Notes: a model not told the origin generated them from the letters alone. A stretch of DNA of 64,000 bases from Chrysomallon squamiferum (GCA_012295275.1 CM022671.1:9734001-9798000); one strand, 5' to 3'. Positions 41,771 through 56,860 are shown, numbered from the stretch's first letter. Made by a program: numbers and translations.

Positions 41771-43430
41771 TATATAGAGTTATCTCCCTTTAACAGGAAA
41801 ACGATTTTTCACTATCCTTATCATATTTCAAGTTCAGAGTTATATCAATATCTAAATTTTCTTTTTGTAAATTTTAGATTTCAACAAATTAGATATTTTC
41901 AACATTTAATTATTATTATTAATATAAAAAAAATCTTATTTACTTTTTATATATTGATATACTAATATAACAAATAAAGATATCCTATAAATATTTCCAT
42001 CTGATCTATAATTTTAATGTAAAAATCATTCATTATTTAAAATGCTTATCAAATTATTAAACACTGTCCACTAATTAAATTAAATTAAATTATAGGATTC
42101 CATTGGTTGAAAACATACCTGAACATTAATCACAAGCGAATATCTTGACATATAGAGTTATCTCCCTTTATCATGAAAACGAATAACCTCTCGGATACAG
42201 TTATCTCCCCTTTGTTACATGTTTCTGCTTGATTATTCAGGTTAAAACGAACATATTCTTACATAGACTTATCTCCCTTTAGCGTGAAAACGGATAACCT
42301 CTCGGATAGAGTTATCTCCCCTTTGTTGCGTTTTTCTGCTTGATTATTCAGGTTAAAACGAACATATTCTTACATAGAGTTATCTACCCTTGTTACTGTT
42401 TATACTTTGATTATTGAGAAAGGGGAGGTAACTCCATCCCAGAATTTATTGGTTTTCATATTAAAGGGACGTAACTCTATTTGCGAATATATTCGCTTGT
42501 GACTATTTGTAAGGGATATTTTGTTTAATATAATAAATAAAATAAGTGAAATAAAAAAAATGAAAAAGATAAATTATCAGTTTTCATTAAGTATATATAT
42601 AATTAAATTTTAAGACTATATATTAAATTATTAAATAATTGATAATTTTGATAATAATATTAAACGAAAAATAACAAATAATGGCATAATGAATCAATAA
42701 TATTTTATTATTACATTAAATATTTTCACAAACATTGATGAATCTTCTATTCAGATATTTCCACAAATTGATTTCATATCAAGTAATTCTGATAAACCCT
42801 TTTATAATGTAAGAAAGGAGAGATAACTCCATCCGAGAAAGTATTCGTTTTCATATTAAAGGGAAATAACTCTATTTGTGAATATATTCGCTGGTAACTA
42901 TTATTAAGAAATATTTTATTTACTATAATAAATATTCAATTGTTACTCCTTTTACCATCGGACAAAAGTGTAGTGTAGAAAACAATTCTTGTACTTTTAA
43001 GTTTTCACTATCCTTATCATATTTCAAGTTCAGAGTTATATCAAAATATAAATTTTCTTTTTGTAAATTTTAGATTTCAACAAATTAGATATTTTCAACA
43101 TTGAATTATTATTATTAATATAAAAAAAAAAATGTTATTTACCTTTTATATATTGATATACTAATATAACAAATAAAGAACATCCTATAAATATTTCCAT
43201 CTGATCTATAATTTTAATGTAAAAATCAATCATTATTTAAAATGCTTATCAAATGATTAAACAGTGTCCACTAATTAAATTCAATTAAATTATTGGATTC
43301 CATTGGTTGAAAATACACCTGAACATTAATCACAAGCGAATATATTGATATATAAAGTTATCTCCCTTTAGCATGAAAACGAATTACCTCTCGGATAGAG
43401 TTATCTCCCCTTTGTTACATTTTTCTGCAT
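41771..43430 (-). repeat. Family III satellite, block 1: AT-rich ~1.2-kb unit with 111-bp subrepeats and internal inverted repeats
   Basis: TTTTCACTATCCTTATCATATTTCAAG at ~41806 and ~43002; core AGAGTTATCTCCCTTT repeated. Confidence 0.95.
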
Positions 43431-46400
43431 TGATTATCAGGATAAGAATTTACATACTAAATTGATTTGATTACTGAGAAAGAAAACAGAGAATACTGAC
43501 TGACTGAAGAAAAAATAAATAAATAAAAGCTTATGTGAAATACGTTCACTGATATATTTAGAATCGCCTCCCTTATGCGAGAAGTGTTCACTTCTACATT
43601 TAGAGTTACTTTCCCTATGTGAGATGTGTTCACTGGTATATTTAGAGTCACCTACCTTATGTGAGATGTGTTCACTGGTATATTTAGAGATGTGTTCACT
43701 GGTATTTTGATTGTGAGATGTGTTCACTGGTATATTTAGAGTCGCCTCCCTTATGTGAGATGTGTTCACTGGTATTTTGAGTCGCCTCCCTTATGTGAGA
43801 TGTGTTCACTGGTATATTTGGAGTGGCCTCCCTTATGTGAGATGTGTTCACTGGTATTAAGAAAATAAGATAGAAAGCTCGAACACAAAAGCTCAAATAA
43901 ATAATCAGTGAGAGAAGAGTGTTTAAACTGATTAAAGTATTTCATAAATAAATAATAAAGAAATGGTAAAACGTAGAAAAAAGAAAGAAGGATGGAATGA
44001 AAGATAGGAAATAAAAGATGGAAAAGAGATAAAGAAATGAAAGAAAGGAAGATCGAAAGAAAAGAAAGAAGGAAAAGAAAGAAAGAAAAGAAAGAAGGAA
44101 AGAAAGAAAGGAAGAAAATATTGAAACTGAAAGAATGAACAAAAATGAATAAAAAAGAAAAGAACTAACTTAACAGAATGAAGCGTGGTACTATTTAAAT
44201 GCAGCATTCTTTTAACTTTTATTCATAATAAAATATAAAATCGTATGTGGACTGCATTGATTAGCAGGATAACAATTTCCATACTGAAGAAAAAAAATAA
44301 ATAAATAAAAGCAAATGAAAACAGAAATATGTTCACTGATATATTTAAATAAGCCTCCCTTATGCGAGAAGTGTTCACTTCTATATTTAGAGTTACTTTC
44401 CCTATGTGAGATGTGTTCACTGGTATATTTAGAGTCGCCTCCCCTATGTGAGATGTGTTCACTGGTATTTTGAGTCGCCTCCCCTATGTGAGATGTGTTC
44501 ACTGGTATATTTAGAGTCGCCTCCCTTATGTGAGATGTGTTCACTGGTATTTTGAGTCGCCTCCCTTATGTGAGATGTGTTCACTGGTATATTTGGAGTG
44601 GCCTCCCTTATGTGAGATGTGTTCACTGGTATTAAGAAAATAAGATAGAAAACTCGAATACAAAAGCTCAACTAAATAATCAGTGAGAGCAGAGTGTTTA
44701 AACTGATTAAAGTATTTCATAAATAAATAATAAAGAAATGGTAACACGTAGAAAAAAGAAGGAAGGATGGAATGAAAGATAGGAAATAAAAGATGGAAAA
44801 GAGAAATGAAAGAAATAAAAGATGGAAAAAAAAAGAAAGAAAGAAAGAAAGAAAGAAAAGAAAGAAGGAAAGAAAGAAAGAAAGAAAATATTGAAACAGC
44901 TTAAAGAATGAACAAAAATGAAAAAATGAAAAGAAAAGAAAAAATCTAAGGAAACAGAACAAAGAGTGGTACTATTTAAACGCAGCATTCTTTTCAGATT
45001 TTATTCATAATAAAATATAAAATGGTATGTGGACTGCATTGATTATCAGGATAAGAATTTACATACTAAATTCATTTGATTACTGAGAAAGAAAACAGAG
45101 AATACTGACTGACTGAAAAAAAATAAATAAATAAAAGCTTATGCGAAATATGTTCACTGATATATTTAGAATCGCCTCCCTTATGCGAGAAGTGTTCACT
45201 TCTATATTTAGAGTTACTTTCCCTATGTGAGATGTGTTCACTGGTATTTAGAGTCGCCTCCCTTATGTGAGATGTGTTCACTGGTATTTAGAGTCGCCTC
45301 CCCTATGTGAGATGTGTTCACTGGTATATTTAGAGTGGCCTCCCTTATGTGAGATGTGTTCACTGGTATTTAGAGTCACCTCCCCTATGTGAGATGTGTT
45401 CACTGGTATATTTGGAGTGGCCTCCCTTATGTGAGATGTGTTCACTGGTATTAAGAAAATAAGATAGAAAACTCGAATACAAAAGCTCAACAAAATAATC
45501 AGTGAAAGCAGAGTGTTTAAACTGATTAAAGTATTTCATAAATAAATAATAAAGAAATGGTAACACGTAGAAAAAAGAAGGAAGGATGGAATGAAAGATA
45601 GGAAATAAAAGATGGAAAAGAGAGAAAGAAAAAAAAGAAAAAAAGATAGAAAAGAAAGAAGGAAAGAAAGAAAGAAAATATTGAAACAGCTTAAAGAATG
45701 AACAAAAATGAATAAGAAAAGAAAACAAAAATCTAAGGAAACAGAACAAAGAGTGGTACTATTTAAACGCAGCATTCTTTTCAGATTTTATTAATGATAA
45801 AATATAAAATGGTATGTGGACTGCATTGATTATCAGGATAAGAATTTACATACTAAATTCATTTGATTACTGAGAAACAAAACAGAGAATACTGACTGAC
45901 TGAAGAAAAAATAAATAAATAAAAGCTTATGCGAAATACGTTCACTGATATATTTAGAATCGCCTCCCTTATGCGAGAAGTGTTCACTTCTATATTTAGA
46001 GTTACTTTCCCTATGTGAGATGTGTTCACTGGTATTTAGAGTCGCCTCCCCTATGTGAGATGTGTTCACTTGTATATTTAGAGTCGCCTCCCCTATGTGA
46101 AATGTGTTCACTGGTATTTTGAGTCGCCTCCCTTATGTGAGATGTGTTCACTGGTATTTAGAGTCACCTCCCCTATGTGAGATGTGTTCACTGGTATATT
46201 TGGAGTGGCCTCCCTTATGTGAGATGTGTTCACTGGTATTAAGAAAATAAGATAGAAAACTCGAATACAAAAGCTCAACAAAATAATCAGTGAAAGCAGA
46301 GTGTTTAAACTGATTAAAGTATTTCATAAATAAATAATAAAGAAATGGTAACACGTAGAAAAAAGAAGGAAGGATGGAATGAAAGATAGGAAATAAAAGA

Positions 46401-49400
46401 TGGAAAAAGAGAAAGAAAAGAAAAGAAAGAAAGAAAGAAAGAAAAGAAAGAAGGAAAGAAAGAAAGAAAATATTGAAACAGCTTAAAGAATGAACAAAAA
46501 TGAATAAGAAAAGAAAACAAAAATCTAAGGAAACAGAACAAAGAGTGGTACTATTTAAACGCAGCATTCTTTTCAGATTTTATTCATAATAAAATATAAA
46601 ATGGTATGTGGACTGCATTGATTATCAGGATAAGAATTTACATACTAAATTCATTTGATTACTGAGAAAGAAAACAGAGAATACTGACTGACTGAAGAAA
46701 AAATAAATAAATAAAAGCTTATGCGAAATACGTTCACTGATATATTTAGAATCGCCTCCCTTATGCGAGAAGTGTTCACTTCTATATTTAGAGTTACTTT
46801 CCCTATGTGAGATGTGTTCACTGGTATTTAGAGTCGCCTCCCCTATGTGAGATGTGTTCACTGGTATAACTAGAGTTGCCTCCCTTATGTGAGATGTGTT
46901 CACTGGTATTTAGAGTCACCTCCCCTATGTGAGATGTGTTCACTGGTATATTTAGAGTCGCCTCCCTTATGTGAGATGTGTTCACTGGTATTTAGAGTCG
47001 CCTCCCTTATGTGAGATGTGTTCACTGGTATTTAGAGTCGCCTCCCCTATGTGAGATGTGTTCACTGGTATATTTGGAGTGGCCTCCCTTATGTGAGATG
47101 TGTTCACTGGTATTAAGAAAATAAGATAGAAAGCTCGAACACAAAAGCTCAACAAAATAATCAGTGAAAGAAGAGTGTTTAAACTGATTAAAGTATTTCA
47201 TAAATAAATAATAAAGAAATGGTAGCACGTAGAAAAAAGAAGGAAGGATGGAATGAAAGATAGGAAATAAAAGATGGAAAAGATAGAAAGAAATGAAAGA
47301 AAAAGAAAGAAAAGAAAGAAAAAGAAAGAAAGAAAAGAAAGAAGGAAAGAAAGAAAGGAAGAAAATATTGAAACAGCTTAAAGAATGAACAAAAATGAAT
47401 AAGAAAAGAAAAGAAAAATCTAAGGAAACAGAACAAAGAGTGGTACTATTTAAACGCAGCATTCTTTTCAGATTTTATTCATAATAAAATATAAAATCGT
47501 ATGTGGACTGCATTGATTATCAGGATAACAATTTCCGTTTGAAGAAAAAAAACAGAAATAAATAAAAAAAATAAATAAATAAAAGCTTATGCGAAATATG
47601 TTCACTGATATATTTAGAGTAGCCTCCCTTATGCGAGAAGTGTTCACTTCTATATTTAGAGTTACTTTCCCTATGTGAGATGTATTCACTGGTATTTAGA
47701 GTCGCCTCCCCTATGTGACATGTGTTCACTGGTATATTTAGAGTTGCCTCCCTTATGTGAGATGTGTTCACTGGTATTTTGAGTCGCCTCCCTTATGTGA
47801 GATGTGTTCACTGGTATATTTGGAGTGGCCTCCCTTATGTGAGATGTGTTCACTGGTATTAAGAAAATAAGATAGAAAGCTCGAACACAAAAGCTCAAAT
47901 AAATAATCAGTGAGAGAAGAGTGTTTAAACTGATTAAAGTATTTCATAAATAAATAATAAAGAAATGGTAGCACGTAGAAAAAAGAAGGAAGAATGGAAT
48001 GAAAGATAGGAAATAAAAGATGGAAAAGATAGAAAGAAATGAAAGAAAGGAAGATCGAAAAGAAAGAAGGAAGGACAGAAAGAAAAGAAAGAAGGAAAGA
48101 AAGAAAGGAAGAAAATATTGAAGCAGCTGAAAGAATGAACAAAAATGAATAAAAAAGAAAAGAACTAACTTAACAGAATGAAGCGTGGTACTATTTAAAT
48201 GCAGCATTCTTTTAACTTTTATTCATAATAAAATATAAAATCGTATGTGGACTGCATTGATTAGCAGGATAACAATTTCCATACTGAAGAAAAAATAAAT
48301 AAATAAAAGCTTATGCGAAATATGTTCACTGATATATTTAGAGTAGCCTCCCTTATGCGAGAAGTGTTCACTTCTATATTTAGAGTTACTTTCCCTATGT
48401 GAGATGTATTCACTGGTATTTAGAGTCGCCTCCCCTATGTGACATGTGTTCACTGGTATAACTAGAGTTGCCTCCCTTATGTGAGATGTGTTCACTGGTA
48501 TTTAGAGTCACCTCCCCTATGTGAGATGTGTTCACTGGTATATTTGGAGTGGCCTCCCTTATGTGAGATGTGTTCACTGGTATTAAGAAAATAAGATAGA
48601 AAACTCGAATACAAAAGCTCAACAAAATAATCAGTGAAAGCAGAGTGTTTAAACTGATTAAAGTATTTCATAAATAAATAATAAAGAAATGGTAACACGT
48701 AGAAAAAAGAAGGAAGGATGGAATGAAAGATAGGAAATAAAAGATGGAAAAAAGAAAGAAAAAAAAAGAAAGAAAGATAGAAAAGAAAGAAGGAAAGAAA
48801 GAAAGAAAATATTGAAACAGCTTAAAGAATGAACAAAAATGAATAAGAAAAGAAAACAAAAATCTAAGGAAACAGAACAAAGAGTGGTACTATTTAAACG
48901 CAGCATTCTTTTCAGATTTTATTAATAATAAAATATAAAATGGTATGTGGACTGCATTGATTATCAGGATAAGAATTTACATACTAAATTCATTTGATTA
49001 CTGAGAAACAAAACAGAGAATACTGACTGACTGAAGAAAAAATAAATAAATAAAAGCTTATGCGAAATACGTTCACTGATATATTTAGAATCGCCTCCCT
49101 TATGCGAGAAGTGTTCACTTCTATATTTAGAGTTACTTATATTATGTGAGAGTTACTGGTATTTTCCCTATGTGAGATGTGTTCACTGGTATTTAGAGTC
49201 GCCTCCCCTATGTGAGATGTGTTCACTGGTATATTTAGAGTCGCCTCCCCTGTGTGAAATGTGTTCACTGGTATTTTGAGTCGCCTCCCTTATGTGAGAT
49301 GTGTTCACTGGTATATTTGGAGTGGCCTCCCTTATATGAGATGTGTTCACTGGTATTAAGAAAATAAGATAGAAAACTCGAATACAAAACCTCAACTAAA

Positions 49401-49575
49401 TAATCAGTGAGAGCAGAGTGTTTAAACTGATTAAAGTATTTCATAAATAAATAATAAAGCAATTGTAACATGTAGAAAAAAGAAGGAAGGATGGAATGAA
49501 AGATAGGAAATAAAAGATGGAAAAGAGAGAAAGAAAAGAAAGAAAGAAAGATAGAAAAGAAAGAAGGAAAGAAAA
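43431..49575 (-). repeat. Family II satellite: ~8 units of 0.7-0.9 kb, each with 5-10 copies of a 40-42 bp monomer plus a GAAA-rich spacer
   Basis: Monomer TTAGAGTCGCCTCCCTTATGTGAGATGTGTTCACTGGTATAT. Unit marker ATTGATTAKCAGGATAA at ~43429, 44256, 45038, 45825, 46617, 47512, 48256, 48956. Confidence 0.96.
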
Positions 49576-50766
49576 TATTCAGGTTAAAACGAACATATTC
49601 TTACATAGACTTATCTCCCTTTAGCATGAAAACGGATAACCTCTCGGATAGAGTTATCTCCCCTTTGTTGCGTTTTTCTGCTTGATTATTCAGGTTAAAA
49701 CGAACATATTCTTACATAGAGTTATCTACCCTTGTTACTGTTTATACTTTGATTATTCAGAAAGGGGAGGTAACTCCATCCCAGAATTTATTCGTTTTCA
49801 TATTGAAGGAACGTAACTCTATTTGCGAATATATTCGCTTGTGACTATTTGTAAGGGATATTTTGTTTAATATAATAAATAAAATAAGTGAAATCAAAAA
49901 AATGAAAAAGATAAATTATCAGTTTTCATTAAGTATATATATAATTAAATTTTAAGACTATATATTAAATTATTAAATAATTGATAATTTTGATAATAAT
50001 ATTAAACGAAAAATAACAAATAATGGCATAATGAATCAATAATAAATTTATTATTACATTAAATATTTAACAAACATTGATGAATCTTCTATTCAGATAT
50101 TTCCACAAATTGATTTCATATCAAGTAATTCTGATAAACCCTTTTTAATGTAAGAAAGGAGAGATAACTCCATCCGAGAAAGTATTCGTTTTCATATTAA
50201 AGGGAAATAACTCTATTTGTGAATATATTCGCTGGTAACTATTAAGAAATATTTTATTTACTATAATAAATATTCAATTGTTACTCCTTTTACCATCGGA
50301 CAAAAGTGTAGTGTAGAAAACAATTCTTGTACTTTTAAGTTTTCACTATCCTTATCATATTTCAAGTTCAGAGTTATATCAAAATATAAATTTTCTTTTT
50401 GTAAATTTTAGATTTCAACAAATTAGATATTTTCAACATTGAATTATTATTATTAATATAAAAAAAAAAATGTTATTTACCTTTTATATATTGATATACT
50501 AATATAACAAATAAAGAACATCCTATAAATATTTCCATCTGATCTATAATTTTAATGTAAAAATCAATCATTATTTAAAATGCTTATCAAATGATTAAAC
50601 AGTGTCCACTAATTAAATTCAATTAAATTATTGGATTCCATTGGTTGAAAATACACCTGAACATTAATCACAAGCGAATATATTGATATATAAAGTTATC
50701 TCCCTTTAGCATGAAAACGAATTACCTCTCGGATAGAGTTATCTCCCCTTTGTTACATTTTTCTGC
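49576..50766 (-). repeat. Family III satellite, block 2
   Basis: Near-identical to 42235-43430. Confidence 0.95.
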
Positions 50767-51764
50767 ATTGATTATCAGGATAAGAATTTACATACTAAAT
50801 TGATTTGATTACTGAGAAATAAAAAAGAGAATAATGACTGACTGACTGAAGAAAAAATAAATAAATAAAAGCTTATTGAAATACGTTCACTGATATATTT
50901 AGAATCGCCTCCCTTATGCAGGTTAAAACGAACATATTCTTATAAAGAGAAGTGTTCACTTCTACATTTAGAGTTACTTTCCCTATGTGAGATGTGTTCA
51001 CTGGTATATTTAGAGTCACCTACCTTATGTGAGATGTGTTCACTGGTATATTTAGAGTCGCCTCCCCTATGTGAAATGTGTTCACTGGTATTTTGAGTCG
51101 CCTCCCTTATGTGAGATGTGTTCACTGGTATATTTAGAGTCGCCTCCCCTTATGTGAGATGTGTTCACTGGTATTTAGAGAAACCTCCCTATGTGATATG
51201 TGTTCAATTTGGTATATTTGGAGTGGCCTCCCTTATGTGAGATGTGTTCACTGGTATTTAGAGTCACCTCCCCTATGTGATATGTGTTCACTGGTATATT
51301 TGGAGTGGCCTCCCTTATGTGAGATGTGTTCACTGGTATTTAGAGTCACCTCCCCTATGTGTTATGTGTTCACTGGTATATTTGGAGTGGCCTCCCTTAT
51401 GTGAGATGTGTTCACTGGTATTTAGAGTCACCTCCCTTATGTGAGATGTGTTCACTGGTATTTTGAGTCGCCTCCCTTATGTGACATGTGTTCACTGGTA
51501 AATTTGGAGTGGCCTCCCTTATGTGAGATGTGTTCACTGGTATTAAGAAAATAAGATAGAAAGCTCGAACACAAAAGCTCAAATAAATAATCAGTGAGAG
51601 AAGAGTGTTTAAACTGATTAAAGTATTTCATAAATAAATAATAAAGCAATTGTAACATGTAGAAAAAAGAAGGAAGGATGGAATGAAAGATAGGAAATAA
51701 AAGATGGAAAAGAGAGAAAGAAAAGAAAGAAAGAAAGATAGAAAAGAAAGAAGGAAAGAAAATA
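50767..51764 (-). repeat. Family II satellite, single unit with an expanded (~15 copy) monomer run
   Basis: Same monomer and spacer as 43431-49575. Confidence 0.95.
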
Positions 51765-54700
51765 TTCAGGTTAAAACGAACATATTCTTATATAGAGTTA
51801 TCTCCCTTTAGCATGAAAACGAATAACCTATCGGATAGAGTTATCTCCCCTTCGTTGCATTTTTCTCCTTTATTATTCAGGTTAAAACGAACATATTCTT
51901 ATATAGAGTTATCTTCCTTTAGCATGAAAACGAATAACCTCTCGGATAGAGGTATCTCCCCTTTGTTGCATTTTTCTGCTTGATTATTCAGGTTAAAACG
52001 AACATATTCTTATATAGAGTTATCTCCCTTTAGCATGAAAACGAATAACCTCTCGGATAGAGTTATCTCCCTTTGTTGCATTTTCCTCCTTGATTATTCA
52101 GGATAAAACGAATATATTCTTACATAGCGTTATCTACCCTTGTTACTGTTTATACTTTGATTATTCAGAAAGGGGAGATAACTCCATCCCTGAATTTATT
52201 CGTTTTCATATTAAAGGGACGTAACTCTATTTGCGAATATATTCGCTTGTGACTATTAGTAAGGGATATTTTGTTTAATATAATAAATAAAATAAGTCAA
52301 ATCAAAAAAATGAAAAAGATAAATTATCACTTTTCATTAAGTATATATATAATTAAATTTTAAGACTATATATTAAATTATTAAATAATTGATAATTTTG
52401 ATAATAATATTAAACGAAAAATAACAAATAATGGCATAATGAATCAATAATAAATTTATTATTACATTAAATATTTTCACAAACATTGATGAATCTTCTA
52501 TTCAGATATTTCCACAAATTGATTTCATATCAAGTAATTCTGATAAACCCTTTTATAATGTAAGAAAGGAGAGATAACTCCATCCGAGATAGTATTCGTT
52601 TTCATATTAAAGGGAAATAACTCTATTTGTGAATATATTCGCTGGTAACTATTATTAAGAAATATTTTATTTAATATAATAAATATTCATTTGTTACTCC
52701 TTTTACCATCGGACAAAAGTATAGTGTAGAAAACAATTCTTGTACTTTTAAGTTTTCACTATCCTTATCATATTTCAAGTTCAGAGTTATATCAAAATGT
52801 AAATTTTCTTTTTGTAAATTTTAGATTTCAACAAATTAGATATTTTCAACATTGAATTATTATTATTAATATAAAAAAAAAAATGTTATTTACCTTTTAT
52901 ATATTGATATACTAATATAACAAATAAAGAACATCCTATAAATATTTCCATCTGATCTATAATTTTAATGTAAAAATCAATCATTATTTAAAATGCTTAT
53001 CAAATGATTAAACAGTGTCCACTAATTAAATTCAATTAAATTATTGGATTCCATTGGTTGAAAACACACCTGAACATTAATCACAAGCGAATATATTGAC
53101 ATATAGAGTTAACATGAAAACGAATAACCTCTCGGATAGAGTTATCTCCTTTTGTAGCATTTTTCTGCTTGATTATTCAGCGAATATATTGACTTGATTA
53201 TAGTTATAAGTTATCTCCCTTTAGCATGAAAACGAAAACTCTCGGATAGAGTTATGTTGCATTTTTCTCCTTGATTATTCAGGAATAACCTATTCGGATA
53301 GAGTTATCTCCCCCGAATAACCTTCGGATAGAGTTGCGTTGCATTTTTTCTGCTTGATTATTCAGGTTAAAACGAACATATTCTTTTATATAGAGTTATA
53401 TCTCCCCTTTGTTGCATTTTTTCCTTTAGCATGATTATTCAGGTTAAAAAAAACGAATAACCTCTCGGATAGAGGTATCTCCCCTTTGTAGCATTTTTCT
53501 GCTTGATTATTCAGGTTATAACGAACATATTCTTATATAGAGTTATCTCCCTTTAGCATGAAAACGAATAACCTCTCGGATAGAGTTATCTCCCTTTGTT
53601 GCATTTTCCTCCTTGATTATTCAGGATAAAACGAATATATTCTTACATAGCGTTATCTACCCTTGTTACTGTTTATACTTTGATTATTCAGAAAGGGGAG
53701 ATAACTCCATCCCTGAATTTATTCGTTTTCATATTAAAGGGACGTAACTCTATTTGCGAATATATTCGCTTGTGACTATTAGTAAGGGATATTTTGTTTA
53801 ATATAATAAATAAAATAAGTCAAATCAAAAAAATGAAAAAGATAAATTATCACTTTTCATTAAGTATATATATAATTAAATTTTAAGACTATATATTAAA
53901 TTATTAAATAATTGATAATTTTGATAATAATATTAAACGAAAAATAACAAATAATGGCATAATGAATCAATAATAAATTTATTATTACATTAAATATTTT
54001 CACAAACATTGATGAATCTTCTATTCAGATATTTCCACAAATTGATTTCATATCAAGTAATTCTGATAAACCCTTTTATAATGTAAGAAAGGAGAGATAA
54101 CTCCATCCGAGATAGTATTCGTTTTCATATTAAAGGGAAATAACTCTATTTGTGAATATATTCGCTGGTAACTATTATTAAGAAATATTTTATTTAATAT
54201 AATAAATATTCATTTGTTACTCCTTTTACCATCGGACAAAAGTATAGTGTAGAAAACAATTCTTGTACTTTTAAGTTTTCACTATCCTTATCATATTTCA
54301 AGTTCAGAGTTATATCAAAATGTAAATTTTCTTTTTGTAAATTTTAGATTTCAACAAATTAGATATTTTCAACATTGAATTATTATTATTAATATAAAAA
54401 AAAATGTTATTTACCTTTTATATATTGATATACTAATATAACAAATAAAGAACATCCTATAAATATTTCCATCTGATCTATAATTTTAATGTAAAAATCA
54501 ATCATTATTTAAAATGCTTATCAAATGATTAAACAGTGTCCACTAATTAAATTCAATTAAATTATTGGATTCCATTGGTTGAAAACACACCTGAACATTA
54601 ATCACAAGCGAATATATTGACATATAGAGTTATCTCCCTTTAGCATGAAAATGAAAAACGAATAACCTCTCGGATAGAGTTATATCCTCTTTGTAGCATT

Positions 54701-56856
54701 TTTCTGCTTGATTATTCAGGTTATTTTTCTGCTTGATTATTCAGGTTATATTCTTATATAGAGTTATCTCCCTTTAGCATGAAAACGAATAACCTCTCGG
54801 ATAGAGTTATCTCCCCTTTGTTGCATTTTTCTCCTTGATTATTCAGGTTAAAACGAACATATTCTTATATAGAGTTATCTCCCTTTAGCATGAAAACGAA
54901 TAACCTCTCGGATAGAGGTATCTCCCCTTTGTTGCATTTTTCTGCTTGATTATTCAGGTTAAAACGAACATATTCTTATATAGAGTTATCTTCCTTTAGC
55001 ATGAAAACGAATAACCTCTCGGATAGAGGTATCTCCCCTTTGTTGCATTTTTCTGCTTGATTATTCAGGTTAAAACGAACATATTCTTATATAGAGTTAT
55101 CTCCCTTTATCTCCCTTTGAAAAACGAATAACCTCTCGGATAGAGTTATCTCCCTTTGTTGCATTTTCCTCCTTGATTATTCAGGATAAAACGAATATAT
55201 TCTTACATAGCGTTATCTACCCTTGTTACTGTTTATACTTTGATTATTCAGAAAGGGGAGATAACTCCATCCCTGAATTTATTCGTTTTCATATTAAAGG
55301 GACGTAACTCTATTTGCGAATATATTCGCTTGTGACTATTAGTAAGGGATATTTTGTTTAATATAATAAATAAAATAAGTCAAATCAAAAAAATGAAAAA
55401 GATAAATTATCACTTTTCATTAAGTATATATATAATTAAATTTTAAGACTATATATTAAATTATTAAATAATTGATAATTTTGATAATAATATTAAACGA
55501 AAAATAACAAATAATGGCATAATGAATCAATAATAAATTTATTATTACATTAAATATTTTCACAAACATTGATGAATCTTCTATTCAGATATTTCCACAA
55601 ATTGATTTCATATCAAGTAATTCTGATAAACCCTTTTATAATGTAAGAAAGGAGAGATAACTCCATCCGAGATAGTATTCGTTTTCATATTAAAGGGAAA
55701 TAACTCTATTTGTGAATATATTCGCTGGTAACTATTATTAAGAAATATTTTATTTAATATAATAAATATTCATTTGTTACTCCTTTTACCATCGGACAAA
55801 AGTATAGTGTAGAAAACAATTCTTGTACTTTTAAGTTTTCACTATCCTTATCATATTTCAAGTTCAGAGTTATATCAAAATGTAAATTTTCTTTTTGTAA
55901 ATTTTAGATTTCAACAAATTAGATATTTTCAACATTGAATTATTATTATTAATATAAAAAAAAAAATGTTATTTACCTTTTATATATTGATATACTAATA
56001 TAACAAATAAAGAACATCCTATAAATATTTCCATCTGATCTATAATTTTAATGTAAAAATCAATCATTATTTAAAATGCTTATCAAATGATTAAACAGTG
56101 TCCACTAATTAAATTCAATTAAATTATTGGATTCCATTGGTTGAAAACACACCTGAACATTAATCACAAGCGAATATATTGACATATAGAGTTATCTCCC
56201 TTTAGCATGAAAACGAATAACCTCTCGGATAGAGTTATCTCCTTTTGTAGCATTTTTCTGCTTGATTATTCAGGTTATAACGAACATATTCTTATATAGA
56301 GTTATCTCCTTTAGCATGAATAACCTCTCGGATAGAGTTATCCCCCTTTTTTTTGCTTGATTATTCAGGTTATAACGAACATATTCTTATATAGAGTTAT
56401 CTCCCTTTAGCATGAAAACGAATAACCTCTCGGATAGAGTTATCTCCCCTTCGTTGCATTTTTCTCCTTGATTATTCAGGTTAAAACGAACATATTCTTA
56501 TATAGAGTTATCTCCCTTTAGCATGAAAACGAATAACCTATCGGATAGAGTTATCTCCCCTTTGTTGCATTTTTCTGCTTGATTATTCAGGTTAAAACGA
56601 ACATATTCTTATATAGAGTTATCTCCCTTTAGCATGAAAACGAATAACCTCTCGGATAGAGTTATCTCCCTTTGTTGCATTTTCCTCCTTGATTATTCAG
56701 GATAAAACGAATATATTCTTACATAGAGTTATCTACCCTTGTTACTGTTTATACTTTGATTATTCAGAAAGGGGAGATAACTCCATCCCTGAATTTATTC
56801 GTTTTCATATTAAAGGGACTTAACTCTATTTGCGAATATATTCGCTTGTGACTATT
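51765..56856 (-). repeat. Family III satellite, block 3: ~1.5-1.6 kb tandem units
   Basis: Unit marker at ~52753, 54276, 55836. The 111-bp subrepeat is 43+68 bp (cores at 54761, 54804, 54872). Confidence 0.96.
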
Positions 56857-56860
56857 ATTT

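Noticed and set aside
43437-51658. Many short minus-strand ORFs with repeated TSEHISH/VNTSHIREA peptides (superficially zinc-finger or His-repeat like)
   Set aside because: Monomer length alternates 40/41/42 bp and causes constant frameshifts; no Cys pattern; F/S-rich parts are GAAA tracts.
41771-56856. CENP-B box, rDNA spacer, mitochondrial control region or viral hr origin for the arrays
   Set aside because: No TTCG-N4-A-N2-CGGG match seen, and no rRNA, tRNA, mitochondrial or viral genes nearby to support these.
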